64,000 nt of DNA. It comes from Syntrophomonas sp. DTU019. GTDB lineage: Bacteria > Bacillota > Syntrophomonadia > Syntrophomonadales > Syntrophomonadaceae. Every line of letters starts with the position of its first letter. Position 1 is the stretch's first letter. Positions 9,870 through 19,822 of the stretch are shown here, piece by piece. The stretch spans positions 529-64,528 of the forward strand of contig LFSQ01000002.1 of NCBI GenBank assembly GCA_001512785.1, given 5' to 3'. The position numbers and the translations under genes are program-made. The notes beneath the pieces are model-generated. The model had not been told where the DNA came from, did no database searches, and saw nothing but the letters and a program-made list of their open reading frames with translations.

Positions 9870-11024
9870 TTAATTACCGCTGGCATCCGGCTGCTTTTCA
9901 ATAGCTTGCTGTATGATGGCCAGGATGAGCCGGGTGACAGTGGTGAGGTCGGAGACCTTGATAAATTCCTGACAGGTGTGCACTTTCTGCATGCCCACCC
10001 CCAGGTTGACACAGGGTATACCGGCGCCGTGAATAATACTGGCATCACTGCCTCCGCCGGTTTTTATCAAACGCGGCTGAAGCCCGATTGACCTGGCTGC
10101 CGAGGCTGCCAGGCGAACCACATCATCATCTGGTTTTAGGCTTATCTCGGGGTAGAGCAGGGTAACCGCGGTTTTAGCCCTGCCCCCCTGTTTTTCCACT
10201 TCCTCACAGAAGGTCCGGGTCAGGCGCTCGGTGAGCTCATCCAGCTTGGGGCGCGACAAACTGCGGGCTTCACCCTTGATATGGCAGTATTCGGCCACTA
10301 TATTGCGGGCTTTGCCCCCGCTGATCAAGCCGAAATTGCAGGTGGTTTCATGGTCGATACGCCCGCTGGGCATGGCTGATAGGGCTTTAGCTGCCAGGTG
10401 AATGGCGTTGATGCCCTCTTCCGGATTGATGCCGGCGTGAGCTGCCCGTCCGTATACCTCGTATTCTATCTCATTCTGGCAGGGAGACTGTATCACGATA
10501 CAGCCCGGGTCTCCACCTGCGTCCAAGACATAGCCGGCTTCTGCCTGAAGCCCACTGAAATCGAAGGCCTTGGCCCCTTTCAGGCCCTGTTCCTCCCCTA
10601 CGGTAAAAAGGATTTCCAGATCGGCATGAGCCAGGCGGTTTTCCCGCATTACATCAAGAGCCTCAATTATGGCCGCAATGGCGGCTTTATCGTCTGCTCC
10701 CAATATGGTGTCACCCTGGCTGCGAATGATGCCATTTTCAATTACCGCCCTGATGCCTTCTCCAGGCTCAACTGTGTCCATGTGGGCAGCTAAAAGCAGC
10801 TTCTTGCCCGGGGTATTTCCCGGCACCTGCACCAGCAGGTTTCCCGACTCGCCGTTGACTATTTCGGCCGCGGCATCTTCTGTCGCTTTAAGACCGCGCT
10901 CCAGCATAGCCTGTATGAGCAGATCCCGCATAGCTCCCTCGCGCCCGGACACCGAAGCTGTAGCCACCAGATTACAGAAGCTTTTCACCAGTCGATCTTG
11001 ATTTACCATAAACCAGTCTCCCAT
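9870..11024 (-). CDS. M20-family metallopeptidase (PepT/YqjE-like tripeptidase)
   Basis: 384 aa with the metal-ligand motifs AHMDTV, GADDKAAIA and GEEQGLKGA. Confidence 0.85.
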   Translation of the reverse strand: MGDWFMVNQDRLVKSFCNLVATASVSGREGAMRDLLIQAMLERGLKATEDAAAEIVNGESGNLLVQVPGNTPGKKLLLAAHMDTVEPGEGIRAVIENGIIRSQGDTILGADDKAAIAAIIEALDVMRENRLAHADLEILFTVGEEQGLKGAKAFDFSGLQAEAGYVLDAGGDPGCIVIQSPCQNEIEYEVYGRAAHAGINPEEGINAIHLAAKALSAMPSGRIDHETTCNFGLISGGKARNIVAEYCHIKGEARSLSRPKLDELTERLTRTFCEEVEKQGGRAKTAVTLLYPEISLKPDDDVVRLAASAARSIGLQPRLIKTGGGSDASIIHGAGIPCVNLGVGMQKVHTCQEFIKVSDLTTVTRLILAIIQQAIEKQPDASGN

Positions 11025-11288
11025 CCGCTGCTGAGCAAACCCTGCTCACACCTTGTCCCAATACCATCAGTATGGCCGGCAATAAACCGACCAATACACC
11101 TCAGACCAGAATCTTCCCAGTCCAGTATAGCATTTAGGCCACCATATGGGAATCAGGCCCGGCCGGCAGGTTAAAGCTGCTTTTAGCCTTTCGCACCAAA
11201 ACAGGGTTTTAAAAAAGCATCGCATAAAAAACACTTTAGTCGACTCAGGATGTGTAACGGGCGGTAAAGGGCTTTAAAAACCAGCCCA

Positions 11289-11316
11289 TAAAAAAACACC
11301 CTGTATCAACAGGGCG
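11289..11316 (-). terminator. Rho-independent terminator after spo0A
   Basis: On the minus strand, the hairpin CGCCCTG-ttgata-CAGGGTG (11297-11316) is followed by TTTTTTT. Confidence 0.75.
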
Positions 11317-11330
11317 TTTGCTGGGCCAAA

Positions 11331-12134
11331 TCAGCTTACCTTGTTTTCCAGGCGCAGGCGGTCAGCAATGATAGCAATGAACTCAGAATTGGTCGGTTTG
11401 CCTTTTTCACCGCTGATGGTGTAGCCAAACACTTTATTGATTTTATCCACATCCCCGCGATCCCAGGCTAACTCGATCGCATGGCGAATGGCTCTTTCCA
11501 CCCGGCTGGGGGTAGTGTCATATTTTTGTGCTATGGCCGGGTACAACTCTTTGGTAACTGCACCCAGGTAATTGATCTCCTCCACCACAAGCATTATGGC
11601 ATCGCGCAGGTACTGATATCCCTTTACGTGAGCCGGGACCCCAATTTCATGAATTACTTTGGTGACTTCAACCTCAAGATTTTTGCCGCTGCCGGGCTGC
11701 ACCGTGAAGGCGCTTACCCCGCCCCGGTTGTCCTCACGCGGCTTGATATCGCGCACCACTTGCTTGACTCGTTCTCCCAAAACCTCAAGGTTAAACGGTT
11801 TTAAAATGTAATAATCGACCCCTAATTGCACTGCTTTCTGGGTGATATTCTCTTGACCGAAAGCAGTCAATATGACTATTTTGGGCCTGGTCTCCAGATT
11901 GATGCTGTTAATCTTTTCCAAAACCCCTAATCCGTCCATATATGGCATAATAAGATCTAGTATTAAAACCTGAACCTCTTGTTTTTGTAATACATTCAAT
12001 ACTTCTATACCATTGGTGCAAACATCGACTAATTCAAAATCGGGATCATTGGTGAAATAATCCCTGAGTATTCCACAGAATTCACGGTTGTCGTCTGCAA
12101 TCAGGACTTTGATTCTATCGTTGTCAAAAAACAT
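11331..12134 (-). CDS. spo0A: Sporulation master response regulator Spo0A
   Basis: It has a receiver domain (KVLIADDN...ILDLIMP) and the Spo0A-specific C-terminal DNA-binding domain ([29 protein letters not shown]). I take the ATG at 12134 as the start because it is preceded by AGGAGGGG. The track ORF extends to 12176. Confidence 0.95.
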   Translation of the reverse strand: MFFDNDRIKVLIADDNREFCGILRDYFTNDPDFELVDVCTNGIEVLNVLQKQEVQVLILDLIMPYMDGLGVLEKINSINLETRPKIVILTAFGQENITQKAVQLGVDYYILKPFNLEVLGERVKQVVRDIKPREDNRGGVSAFTVQPGSGKNLEVEVTKVIHEIGVPAHVKGYQYLRDAIMLVVEEINYLGAVTKELYPAIAQKYDTTPSRVERAIRHAIELAWDRGDVDKINKVFGYTISGEKGKPTNSEFIAIIADRLRLENKVS

Positions 12135-12326
12135 GTCCTTTAAACCCCTCCTATTCCCAACTCGTACCCGACTCACTGTAGAACCGATTTCGACTATTCC
12201 CCAGGTATTTCCTGCTTTTTTATTAACCTAAATTAACCTAAAATACCACAGGCAATGTCATAAATAAACACAGCCACAAGACAGTATTGTGGTGAGATTA
12301 AATTATAAATACAGCTAAACGGGCTT
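12135..12326 (-). promoter_or_regulatory. spo0A upstream regulatory region
   Basis: On the minus strand there is a sigma-H-like GCAGGAAAT (12207-12215), then N12, then GTCGAAAT. An overlapping near-consensus 0A box, AGTCGAA (12189-12195), is also present. A tandem repeat ATTAACCTAA x2 lies at 12222-12241. Confidence 0.35.
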
Positions 12327-13682
12327 TCAGGCACAAGCAGCCAGAAGGGGAGAAAATATCGATGTCGAAAAAGCGCCGACGGTATCATGCTCCAGCGGCA
12401 TTTCCGACAGAATGTTATCCATAAAGATGGCATAACCCCGCTGGGGATCGTTTAAGAAGACATGAGTAATGGCCCCGATCAGGCGACCATCCTGTACAAT
12501 CGGGCTGCCGCTCATGCCCTGTACAATACCCCCGGTGACGCTCAATAAGCGAGCATCTTCGATCTTAACCACCATGCCTTTGCCATTTTTACGCTCCGGG
12601 TACACCTTCTCTATGCTCACTGCAAATTCTTCTATACTGGTGCCGTTAACTACCGTGTATATATGAGCCGGACCGGGGTGAACCTGGTGGGCATAGCCTA
12701 TTTCTATGTGGTGGGCATACAGGGGGTTTTCCACCGCCTCTTCAGTTGTGCCAAAAATGCCGGCCTCAGTATTTTTGGAGATACTTCCCTTAAGATTGCT
12801 CTCGCCCTGGAAAACCCCGATTTTTTCGCCTGGCCGGCCGGGCTTTCCAGGCTTAACGGTCTGAATTGATGCAGATACTATGCGTCCTTTTAAAACATCG
12901 ATGTCCTGCTTGGTATCGGCATCCATGATCACATGCCCCAAGGCTGCAAATTGGCGGGTTTGGGGATCCCAAAAGGTAAGCGTGCCGACTCCTACCACCC
13001 CATCGCGCACATAGAGGCCTATCCGAAAACGCTGGGTTTCTGCACAAAAGACAGGATTAACCGTCAAATCGATAATTCGCTCCTTGCGTTTAATATTGAG
13101 CACCAGCTCGCCGTCTTTGACGGTATCGATTATTTGCGCCAAGTCGGTTTCAGTGCTCACCTCTTGATTATTGACCTTGAGGATGAGATCGCCGATCTCC
13201 ACCCCCTGTTCGCGGGCCGGATAGAGCTTTTGCCCCTGAGCGTCAACAATAGGGGCAAAGCCCACTACCATTATCCCCCGTGATTGCAGTAAAACCCCGA
13301 TGGAATGCCCCCCCAGCACCACCCGGCGGGGTGGTACTGATTCGATGGTTATGGATTTCAAAGGGATATAACCTAAGAGTTTGATCTGCAGTGAAGCCTT
13401 GCCGGGTTTTAAAGCAGTTATTTCATAATTGGAGCCATTTTTGGATACCACCACCGCTGGATCCTCTTGAGCAGCGAAAACACTGCGCGATGGATTGAGG
13501 ATTTCCAAAACCAGCTTCTCCTCCAGCAAGGCCGGCAGTTCAATGGGAATGGTGTTAGTTTCACCGACCACCATCTTCTGCTGCAGGGGCAGATTGAGAA
13601 TGGTGCGCACCTGAGGGCTGAAGCATAAAGCAACAAATATTATCGCAATAATAATGCCGCAAGTGGAACGCCAACGCTGCAA
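12327..13682 (-). CDS. spoIVB: SpoIVB peptidase (S55 signalling serine protease)
   Basis: 451 aa with an N-terminal TM helix, a PDZ-like segment and the catalytic region GMSGSPI. Being adjacent to spo0A matches the Bacillus arrangement. Confidence 0.92.
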   Translation of the reverse strand: MQRWRSTCGIIIAIIFVALCFSPQVRTILNLPLQQKMVVGETNTIPIELPALLEEKLVLEILNPSRSVFAAQEDPAVVVSKNGSNYEITALKPGKASLQIKLLGYIPLKSITIESVPPRRVVLGGHSIGVLLQSRGIMVVGFAPIVDAQGQKLYPAREQGVEIGDLILKVNNQEVSTETDLAQIIDTVKDGELVLNIKRKERIIDLTVNPVFCAETQRFRIGLYVRDGVVGVGTLTFWDPQTRQFAALGHVIMDADTKQDIDVLKGRIVSASIQTVKPGKPGRPGEKIGVFQGESNLKGSISKNTEAGIFGTTEEAVENPLYAHHIEIGYAHQVHPGPAHIYTVVNGTSIEEFAVSIEKVYPERKNGKGMVVKIEDARLLSVTGGIVQGMSGSPIVQDGRLIGAITHVFLNDPQRGYAIFMDNILSEMPLEHDTVGAFSTSIFSPLLAACA

Positions 13683-13986
13683 TTATGTCACTTCCCCATA
13701 TTTGCTGATAATCTCTATTGTCTCCTTCAGGGATAGAAACTATACTGCACAGGTCGGCGGGCAATGCGATTGAATCCCGGCAGGCAGGCTTTTAGTAAGA
13801 TATGCTGAGCGGTTCAAATCAATGGGGAGGTTATTGGGCTTGTCGCGAAATGGTAACTGAGCCGACTTTCATAAAGACAGGTTTAATCAGGAAATGCAAT
13901 TAAAAGAATAAAAGCAGATTATAAAATCATTAACCTCGATCTAAACAGACAACAGGAGGCACAAACCGGTTTGATCCCTGTACGAA

Positions 13987-15681
13987 TCAGCTGCTATCGA
14001 GGCGATGGGGCCATTGCTGCCCTTCCGCCAGCATGTGGCGGGCATGCTGCAGGGTAAGCGGGCTGATATCGTCACCTGCCAGCATGCGCGCTATCTCCTG
14101 CACGCGCTGTTCCTCATCCAGGGGTTGCACTTTGGTAAAGGTCTGCCCCTTTTTAACCTCTTTGCTGATCAGATAATGCTGGCCGGCTAGGCTGGCGACT
14201 AAAGGGGCATGAGTGATTATTATCACTTGATAATTACGGGACAGCTGGGCTATTTTACGAGCCATAGCGGACAGGGCCTGCCCGCCCACACCGGCATCTA
14301 TCTCATCAAAAACCAGGGTAGGGACCTCGTAAACACCTGCCAGGACTATCTTTAAGGCCAGCACAAAGCGAGATATTTCCCCGCCTGAGGCCACGCGCTG
14401 CAAAGGCTTCATTTCCTCCCCGGGGTTGGGAGAAAACATCATTTCCACCCGGTTGATCCCGGTACTGCTGGCTTCGCAGTCCAAAACGCGTACTTCGAAG
14501 CGCAGCTCAGGCATGTTGAGCTCAAGCAGTTCTTGACGCACTTTTTCTTCCAACTGCAGTGCGGCCTGCTTTCTGAGCCGGCTCAATTGCTCTGCAGCCA
14601 GATAGTAATCCTTTTCTTGGCGCGCTATCTCCTCGGTTATTTCCTGCTGGCGAACCTCTTCATGCTGCAGATAATCCAATTCCTGCTGAGCCTTTTGCAG
14701 GTATTGTAAAATCTCCTTGATACTCTGGCCGTAACGGCTTTTCAGGCGCTGCATCAGATGCAGGCGCGCTTCCACCTCATCGAGGGAATAAGGCTCTTCC
14801 TCCAGTGTCTGCCTGTAGGCAGAAATCGAAGCAGCCAATTCTTCTATAGTGAAGCGGATTTCCTGCAAAGCCTCTTTTACCGGTGCAAAGAAAGGATCCT
14901 GGAGCGGCTGTATCACCTGCATGGCTGTGGAAATAAGGTCATAAGCGTTGTTGCCTCGTTCCTCCGCGTAGAGCAGCTGCAGCAGGCTTTCGCTGGCCGC
15001 CTGGAGCTTCTCCACATTGCGCATGCGGTCGCGGATGCTCTGCAGTTCCTCTTCTTCATTTTCACGTAAGTTGGCCGACTGGATTTCATTGATCTGGTAG
15101 GTCAGAAAATCTATGCGCTGCAGCTTGTTATGCTCCCGGCTCTGCAGCTCTTCCAGTTCCCTGCGCAGCCGGCCCAGCTGTTTATAAGCGCGCTCTACCC
15201 TGGCCAGTATCTCCGCGCTTTCCGGACTGAGGCGGTCAAGGTACTCTAAATACATATGGGGCTTCAGTATGCTGAGGTGATCATGCTGTAAATGCATATC
15301 CAGCAGCCATGAAGAAACCTGCTTGAGAACGGCAGCGGTTATTACCCTGCCATTCAGCCGGGCCAGATTCCTGCCGTCAGCGACTATTTCCCGGCTCAAA
15401 ACCAGCAGGCTTTCATCCTGCTCCAACAAGCCCTTCCCAACCAGCATGGCCTTAAGCTTGGGCAGCCGGGAGATATCAAAGCTGGCTTCAGCAACCGCTG
15501 CCCGGCTAACGTCGCGTACCAGCTCTTTCTGCGCCCTGTCCCCCAGTATCAATCCCAGGGCATCGACCACAATTGATTTGCCGGCCCCGGTCTCTCCAGT
15601 CAATACGGTTAATCCGGGCTGAAAGGATATTTGCACATTGTCAATGAGGACGAGATTGCTGATATAGATCTCTAACAACAT
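13987..15681 (-). CDS. recN: DNA repair protein RecN
   Basis: 564 aa. It has Walker A GETGAGKS, long coiled coils and a C-terminal SGGE signature with Walker B (LVFDEIDAG). Confidence 0.95.
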   Translation of the reverse strand: MLLEIYISNLVLIDNVQISFQPGLTVLTGETGAGKSIVVDALGLILGDRAQKELVRDVSRAAVAEASFDISRLPKLKAMLVGKGLLEQDESLLVLSREIVADGRNLARLNGRVITAAVLKQVSSWLLDMHLQHDHLSILKPHMYLEYLDRLSPESAEILARVERAYKQLGRLRRELEELQSREHNKLQRIDFLTYQINEIQSANLRENEEEELQSIRDRMRNVEKLQAASESLLQLLYAEERGNNAYDLISTAMQVIQPLQDPFFAPVKEALQEIRFTIEELAASISAYRQTLEEEPYSLDEVEARLHLMQRLKSRYGQSIKEILQYLQKAQQELDYLQHEEVRQQEITEEIARQEKDYYLAAEQLSRLRKQAALQLEEKVRQELLELNMPELRFEVRVLDCEASSTGINRVEMMFSPNPGEEMKPLQRVASGGEISRFVLALKIVLAGVYEVPTLVFDEIDAGVGGQALSAMARKIAQLSRNYQVIIITHAPLVASLAGQHYLISKEVKKGQTFTKVQPLDEEQRVQEIARMLAGDDISPLTLQHARHMLAEGQQWPHRLDSS

Positions 15682-15710
15682 AAGCCTAACCTCATTTATC
15701 GCAAATCCTC

Positions 15711-16184
15711 TCAGGCATTTAGCAAGGAGGTAAAAAGGCTCATCACTTCGCCTACCGCTGTGCTGGGTTTAACCACGGCGATGATGGTGTCGTCACCGGC
15801 TACCGTGCCTAATATGAACTGGTGTTCATAAGCATCGATTACAGAAGCTACCGACTGTGCTCCCCCGGCCACGGTTTTGATCACGATGATGTTCTCGCTG
15901 TAGTCGCAGCCAAGCACCAATTCTTTGAATATGCGCTGCATACGCTGGAAAGAATTCTTCATCACCGGGCTTTCAGGCATGTTATAGCGATAGTAAAACC
16001 CGTCAGCTGTCTTGACCAGTTTCAATTCCTTGATATCCCGTGAAACCGTGGCCTGGGTAACATCGAAGCCGCGCTGTTTTAACAACTCACAGAGCTCTTC
16101 CTGTGTGCTTACCCGCTGTCCGGCGATAATGTCCAGAATGGTAAGATGGCGCTGTGCCTTCATCATTGCCTCCTGTCTTTTCAC
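15711..16184 (-). CDS. argR: Arginine repressor
   Basis: 157 aa with a winged-helix N-terminus (TQATVSRDIKEL) and the C-terminal oligomerisation motif GTVAGDDT. Confidence 0.92.
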   Translation of the reverse strand: MKRQEAMMKAQRHLTILDIIAGQRVSTQEELCELLKQRGFDVTQATVSRDIKELKLVKTADGFYYRYNMPESPVMKNSFQRMQRIFKELVLGCDYSENIIVIKTVAGGAQSVASVIDAYEHQFILGTVAGDDTIIAVVKPSTAVGEVMSLFTSLLNA

Positions 16185-16277
16185 CTATTTACAGTGTCAC
16201 CACCGGATCACTTTGCAGGTCGGCTTTATCTCCCGGCATTCTGCGGTAGGAATCACTGCTGCCGGCCGGTATGGCGA

Positions 16278-17105
16278 CTATGGCCGCTGCGACAAGCCCT
16301 CAAAAGGCAGCAAACGGCTGTTGATGGACTGCAAGAAAGGCTTTTCTTTGAGCTTTATCAACGGCAGCAGATGCCTGGCCCGGGTAATTTCGACCCAATT
16401 CTCCTGGTCGGAGAACAGGCAAACCTGCCCATCCAGACACAACATGGTCTGCCCCCACTTTAAAGAGCGCAAGCGCACCCTGCGGTCGGGATTTAATACC
16501 AGGGGTTTCCAGGAAAGCATATTGGGGGCTAACGGTACCATTACCAGGGCCATCATGCCTGGATCCAGCAGAGGCCCGCCGGCTGACAGTGAATACCCGC
16601 TGGAGCCGGTCGGAGTGCTTACCATCAGCCCGTCCCCCCGGTAAAGATATGCCGGGCCATCATCGATCTGCACCTCGAACCTGATCATACGCGCCCCGGC
16701 GGCTTTTACTGCCGCCTCATTGAGACACTGGTATTCTGCCTGCAGCTTTTCCCCATTGAATACCTGCACGGTGAGCATCAAGCGGTTTTCAAGGCCATAC
16801 TGCCCGGCGATTACCCTGGGCAGATAATCTGGGAGTTCACTGGCCTCGATATTGCTCATCGAACCGACCGTTCCCAGATTCACCCCCAAAATAGGTGTCT
16901 GGCTTTGCCCATAGCGCCTGGCAGCCCTCAGCATGGTGCCATCCCCGCCCAGGACGATCATCACATCGTATCGCTCAGTGGAGGCCTCTTCACGTCCATC
17001 ATCAATATCGCACTCAATCGAGCGGGCTTTCAGCCATGCCGCTACTTGCTCGGCCATAGCGGTGGTATGCTCGCGGCGATGATTGGTTATCAATAAATAC
17101 TTCAT
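16278..17105 (-). CDS. nadK: NAD kinase
   Basis: 275 aa with the GGDGT motif (VLGGDGTMLRA) and a TPTGSSGYSLSAGGP segment. Confidence 0.9.
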   Translation of the reverse strand: MKYLLITNHRREHTTAMAEQVAAWLKARSIECDIDDGREEASTERYDVMIVLGGDGTMLRAARRYGQSQTPILGVNLGTVGSMSNIEASELPDYLPRVIAGQYGLENRLMLTVQVFNGEKLQAEYQCLNEAAVKAAGARMIRFEVQIDDGPAYLYRGDGLMVSTPTGSSGYSLSAGGPLLDPGMMALVMVPLAPNMLSWKPLVLNPDRRVRLRSLKWGQTMLCLDGQVCLFSDQENWVEITRARHLLPLIKLKEKPFLQSINSRLLPFEGLSQRP

Positions 17106-17917
17106 TGCTCTTTCCTCAGCTGTTGATGGGCTTCATGAACGGTCTGATCCACAGCCGGTAAACCGCCTGTACTGCTCCCCTGCGGGTCTGGCTTAAAATG
17201 CAACAAATACTCAATGTTCCCTTTCGGGCCTTTAATGGGCGAATAGGTAATACCCTCACAGTACAGGCCTGCACTTCTGGCATAGCCTATCACTTTGTTG
17301 ATAACCTCAATATGGACCTCTGGGTCCTTTATTACCCCTTTTTTGCCCACTTTGTCCCGCCCGGCCTCAAACTGGGGTTTTACCAGGCATACAACCTGGC
17401 CGTTTCGCTTCAGCCAGGGTGTAATCGCAGGAAAAACCAGGGCAGTGGAGATAAAAGAAACGTCTATGGCGATAATATCCATCATTTCCGGCAGTTCTCT
17501 ATCGCTTATATGGCGTATATTGGTACGCTCCCGGTTGATCACCCGCGGGTCATTGCGCAGCTTCCAGTCCAACTGCCCGTAGCCTACGTCCACAGCGTAA
17601 ACCCTGCTGGCGCCATGCTGCAGGGCGCAGTCGGTGAATCCGCCGGTGGAAGCCCCCACATCCATGACCACTTTATCGGTGAAATCGAGGCTAAAAGCCT
17701 CTATGGCTTTCTTAAGCTTTAAACCGCCCCGACTGACATAACTAAGTCCCCCGCCATGAACCTGTATGTCTGCCTCTTCAGCAACCAGTGAACCGGGCTT
17801 ATCCATTTTCTGACCGTCAACATAAATCTGCCCGGCTTGAATCATGGCCTGGGCTTTTTCCCGGCTGGCTGCCAGGGCTCGGCGGTGAACCAGCACATCC
17901 AGTCTAACCTTTGACAA
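17102..17917 (-). CDS. tlyA: TlyA-family rRNA 2'-O-methyltransferase (hemolysin A-like)
   Basis: 271 aa with an S4-like N-terminus and the FtsJ SAM motif DVGASTGGFTD. Confidence 0.9.
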   Translation of the reverse strand: MSKVRLDVLVHRRALAASREKAQAMIQAGQIYVDGQKMDKPGSLVAEEADIQVHGGGLSYVSRGGLKLKKAIEAFSLDFTDKVVMDVGASTGGFTDCALQHGASRVYAVDVGYGQLDWKLRNDPRVINRERTNIRHISDRELPEMMDIIAIDVSFISTALVFPAITPWLKRNGQVVCLVKPQFEAGRDKVGKKGVIKDPEVHIEVINKVIGYARSAGLYCEGITYSPIKGPKGNIEYLLHFKPDPQGSSTGGLPAVDQTVHEAHQQLRKEQ

Positions 17918-19811
17918 TCTTCAGCAACTCCAATTCGTGGCCCTTTTTAAGCAGTTCCGGCCAGCGCTTCAGTATAGCTTCCACAATCGAGGCGGGGTCT
18001 ATATTGAGACACTCGAACAATAATTCGGTTTTGCCATGCTCGACGAACTCATCGGGGATGCCGATCCTCAAGCAGTCGGCTGAAACAGCAGATTCGGCCA
18101 GCACATCCAAAACCCCGCTGCCAAACCCGCCATTGAGGCAATTTTCTTCCATGGTCACTACCCTTGGCTTGGCTTTGGCCTGCTGTATAATACTGGCCGT
18201 GTCCAGGGGTTTGGCAAAGCGGGCATCCAGGAGAGCCGCTGATATCCCCAGACGGCTCAGTTGGTCCACTACCTCCCGGGCAATATTCACCGCTCGTCCA
18301 ATAGCCATAATCGCAATATCCTGGCCTTCGCATATCAGTCTGGCTTTGCCTGCCTCCAGGCGATCAGCGGAACCGGCATGGCTTTCCGCCACCCCCCGCG
18401 GATAGCGGATAGCTACTGGTCCGGGCAGGGTAAAGGCGGCATCCAGCATCTTGATCAGCTCTTCTTTGTCTGAAGGGGCCATTACAGTAAGATTGGGAAC
18501 ACTTCGCAAATAGGTCAGGTCAAAAACACCATGATGAGTGGGCCCGTCTTCGCCCACCAGCCCGGCGCGATCTATAGCGAAGATAACCGGCAGATTCTGC
18601 AGGGCTACGTCATGAATGATCTGATCATAGGCCCGCTGAAGAAAGGTAGAATATATTGCCACTACCGGCCTTAAGCCCATTTTGGCCATACCGGCGGCTA
18701 AAGTGACAGCATGCTGTTCACATATGCCCACATCGAAAAAGCGTTCCGGAAAATGCCGGGCGAATGAGGTTAAACCGGTGCCGCTGGTCATAGCTGCGGT
18801 GATCCCCACCACTCTTGAGTCGGTTTTGGCCCGGTTGAGCATGTATTCGCCGAATATCTCCGTATAGGTCAAAAAAGGCTTTTTTAACGGATGCCCGGTT
18901 TCCACATTGAACGGGCCGATGCCGTGGAAAAGGTCGGGCTCTAAAATAGCCGGCTCATAGCCGCGCCCTTTCTGGGTGATAACATGTATCAATACCGGGC
19001 CTTTCATCTGCTTCACATTGGACAGCATCAAGTGCAATTCATCCAGATCATGGCCGTTAACCGGTCCTATGTAGGTAAAGCCCAATTCTTCAAAGAGAAT
19101 CCCCGGCACTACCAGGTTTTTGACCATCTCCTTCATGCGCCCGGCAGCCCTGGCGATGTTGGGCCCGATAGCCGGTATGCGGTGCAAGCGGGCTTCGATT
19201 TCCTCTTTGGTCCGGGAATATGACGGATCAGTGCGCAGGCGGTTCAAATAGCCGGACAAGGCGCCAACATTCCTGGAGATCGACATCTCGTTATCGTTTA
19301 ATATCACCGTCAGGTCACAGCCCTGATGGCCGGCATGGTTGAGGGCTTCAAAGGCCATACCCCCGGTTAAGGCACCATCGCCGATAACGGCTATGACCGA
19401 GAACTTCTGCCCGGTCAGATCCCGGGCCAAAGCCATTCCCAGGGCGGCTGAGATAGAAGTGCTGCTGTGTCCGGTATTGAAAGCGTCATGGGTTGATTCT
19501 TCAGTCTTGGGAAAACCGCTCAAGCCTCCAAATTGCCGCAAGGTGGACATTTGCCGGCGGCGACCGGTAAGGATCTTGTGCACATAGCTCTGGTGACCTA
19601 CATCCCAGATAATGCGGTCAGTAGTGGTGTCAAAAACCGAGTGCAGGGCTATGGTCAATTCGACTACGCCCAGATTGGAAGCCAGATGGCCTCCGCATTC
19701 TGATACGCTTTGTATCAATAATGCTCTGATCTCTTCCGCCAGCAGGGTCAACTGGGCTTTGTTCAGCCGGCGTAAATCCTGCGGTGAGTCTATCTTTTCG
19801 AGTATGGACAC
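17904..19811 (-). CDS. dxs: 1-deoxy-D-xylulose-5-phosphate synthase
   Basis: 635 aa with ThDP motifs (GHSSTSISAALG, GDGALTGGMAFEALN). Confidence 0.96.
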   Translation of the reverse strand: MSILEKIDSPQDLRRLNKAQLTLLAEEIRALLIQSVSECGGHLASNLGVVELTIALHSVFDTTTDRIIWDVGHQSYVHKILTGRRRQMSTLRQFGGLSGFPKTEESTHDAFNTGHSSTSISAALGMALARDLTGQKFSVIAVIGDGALTGGMAFEALNHAGHQGCDLTVILNDNEMSISRNVGALSGYLNRLRTDPSYSRTKEEIEARLHRIPAIGPNIARAAGRMKEMVKNLVVPGILFEELGFTYIGPVNGHDLDELHLMLSNVKQMKGPVLIHVITQKGRGYEPAILEPDLFHGIGPFNVETGHPLKKPFLTYTEIFGEYMLNRAKTDSRVVGITAAMTSGTGLTSFARHFPERFFDVGICEQHAVTLAAGMAKMGLRPVVAIYSTFLQRAYDQIIHDVALQNLPVIFAIDRAGLVGEDGPTHHGVFDLTYLRSVPNLTVMAPSDKEELIKMLDAAFTLPGPVAIRYPRGVAESHAGSADRLEAGKARLICEGQDIAIMAIGRAVNIAREVVDQLSRLGISAALLDARFAKPLDTASIIQQAKAKPRVVTMEENCLNGGFGSGVLDVLAESAVSADCLRIGIPDEFVEHGKTELLFECLNIDPASIVEAILKRWPELLKKGHELELLKIVKG

Positions 19812-19822
19812 GGTTACACCTT

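Noticed and set aside
12222-12241. Tandem ATTAACCTAA repeat, and the 18-nt repeats at 60409/60543, considered as a possible CRISPR array.
   Set aside because: Each has only two copies. The units are too short or the spacing is irregular. There are no cas genes and no spacer-like organisation. They are reported as regulatory or repeat observations instead.
12233-12433. 66-aa minus-strand ORF spanning the spoIVB 3' end and the spo0A upstream region.
   Set aside because: It overlaps the spoIVB coding end out of frame, has no SD sequence, and covers the spo0A promoter region. It is most likely spurious.
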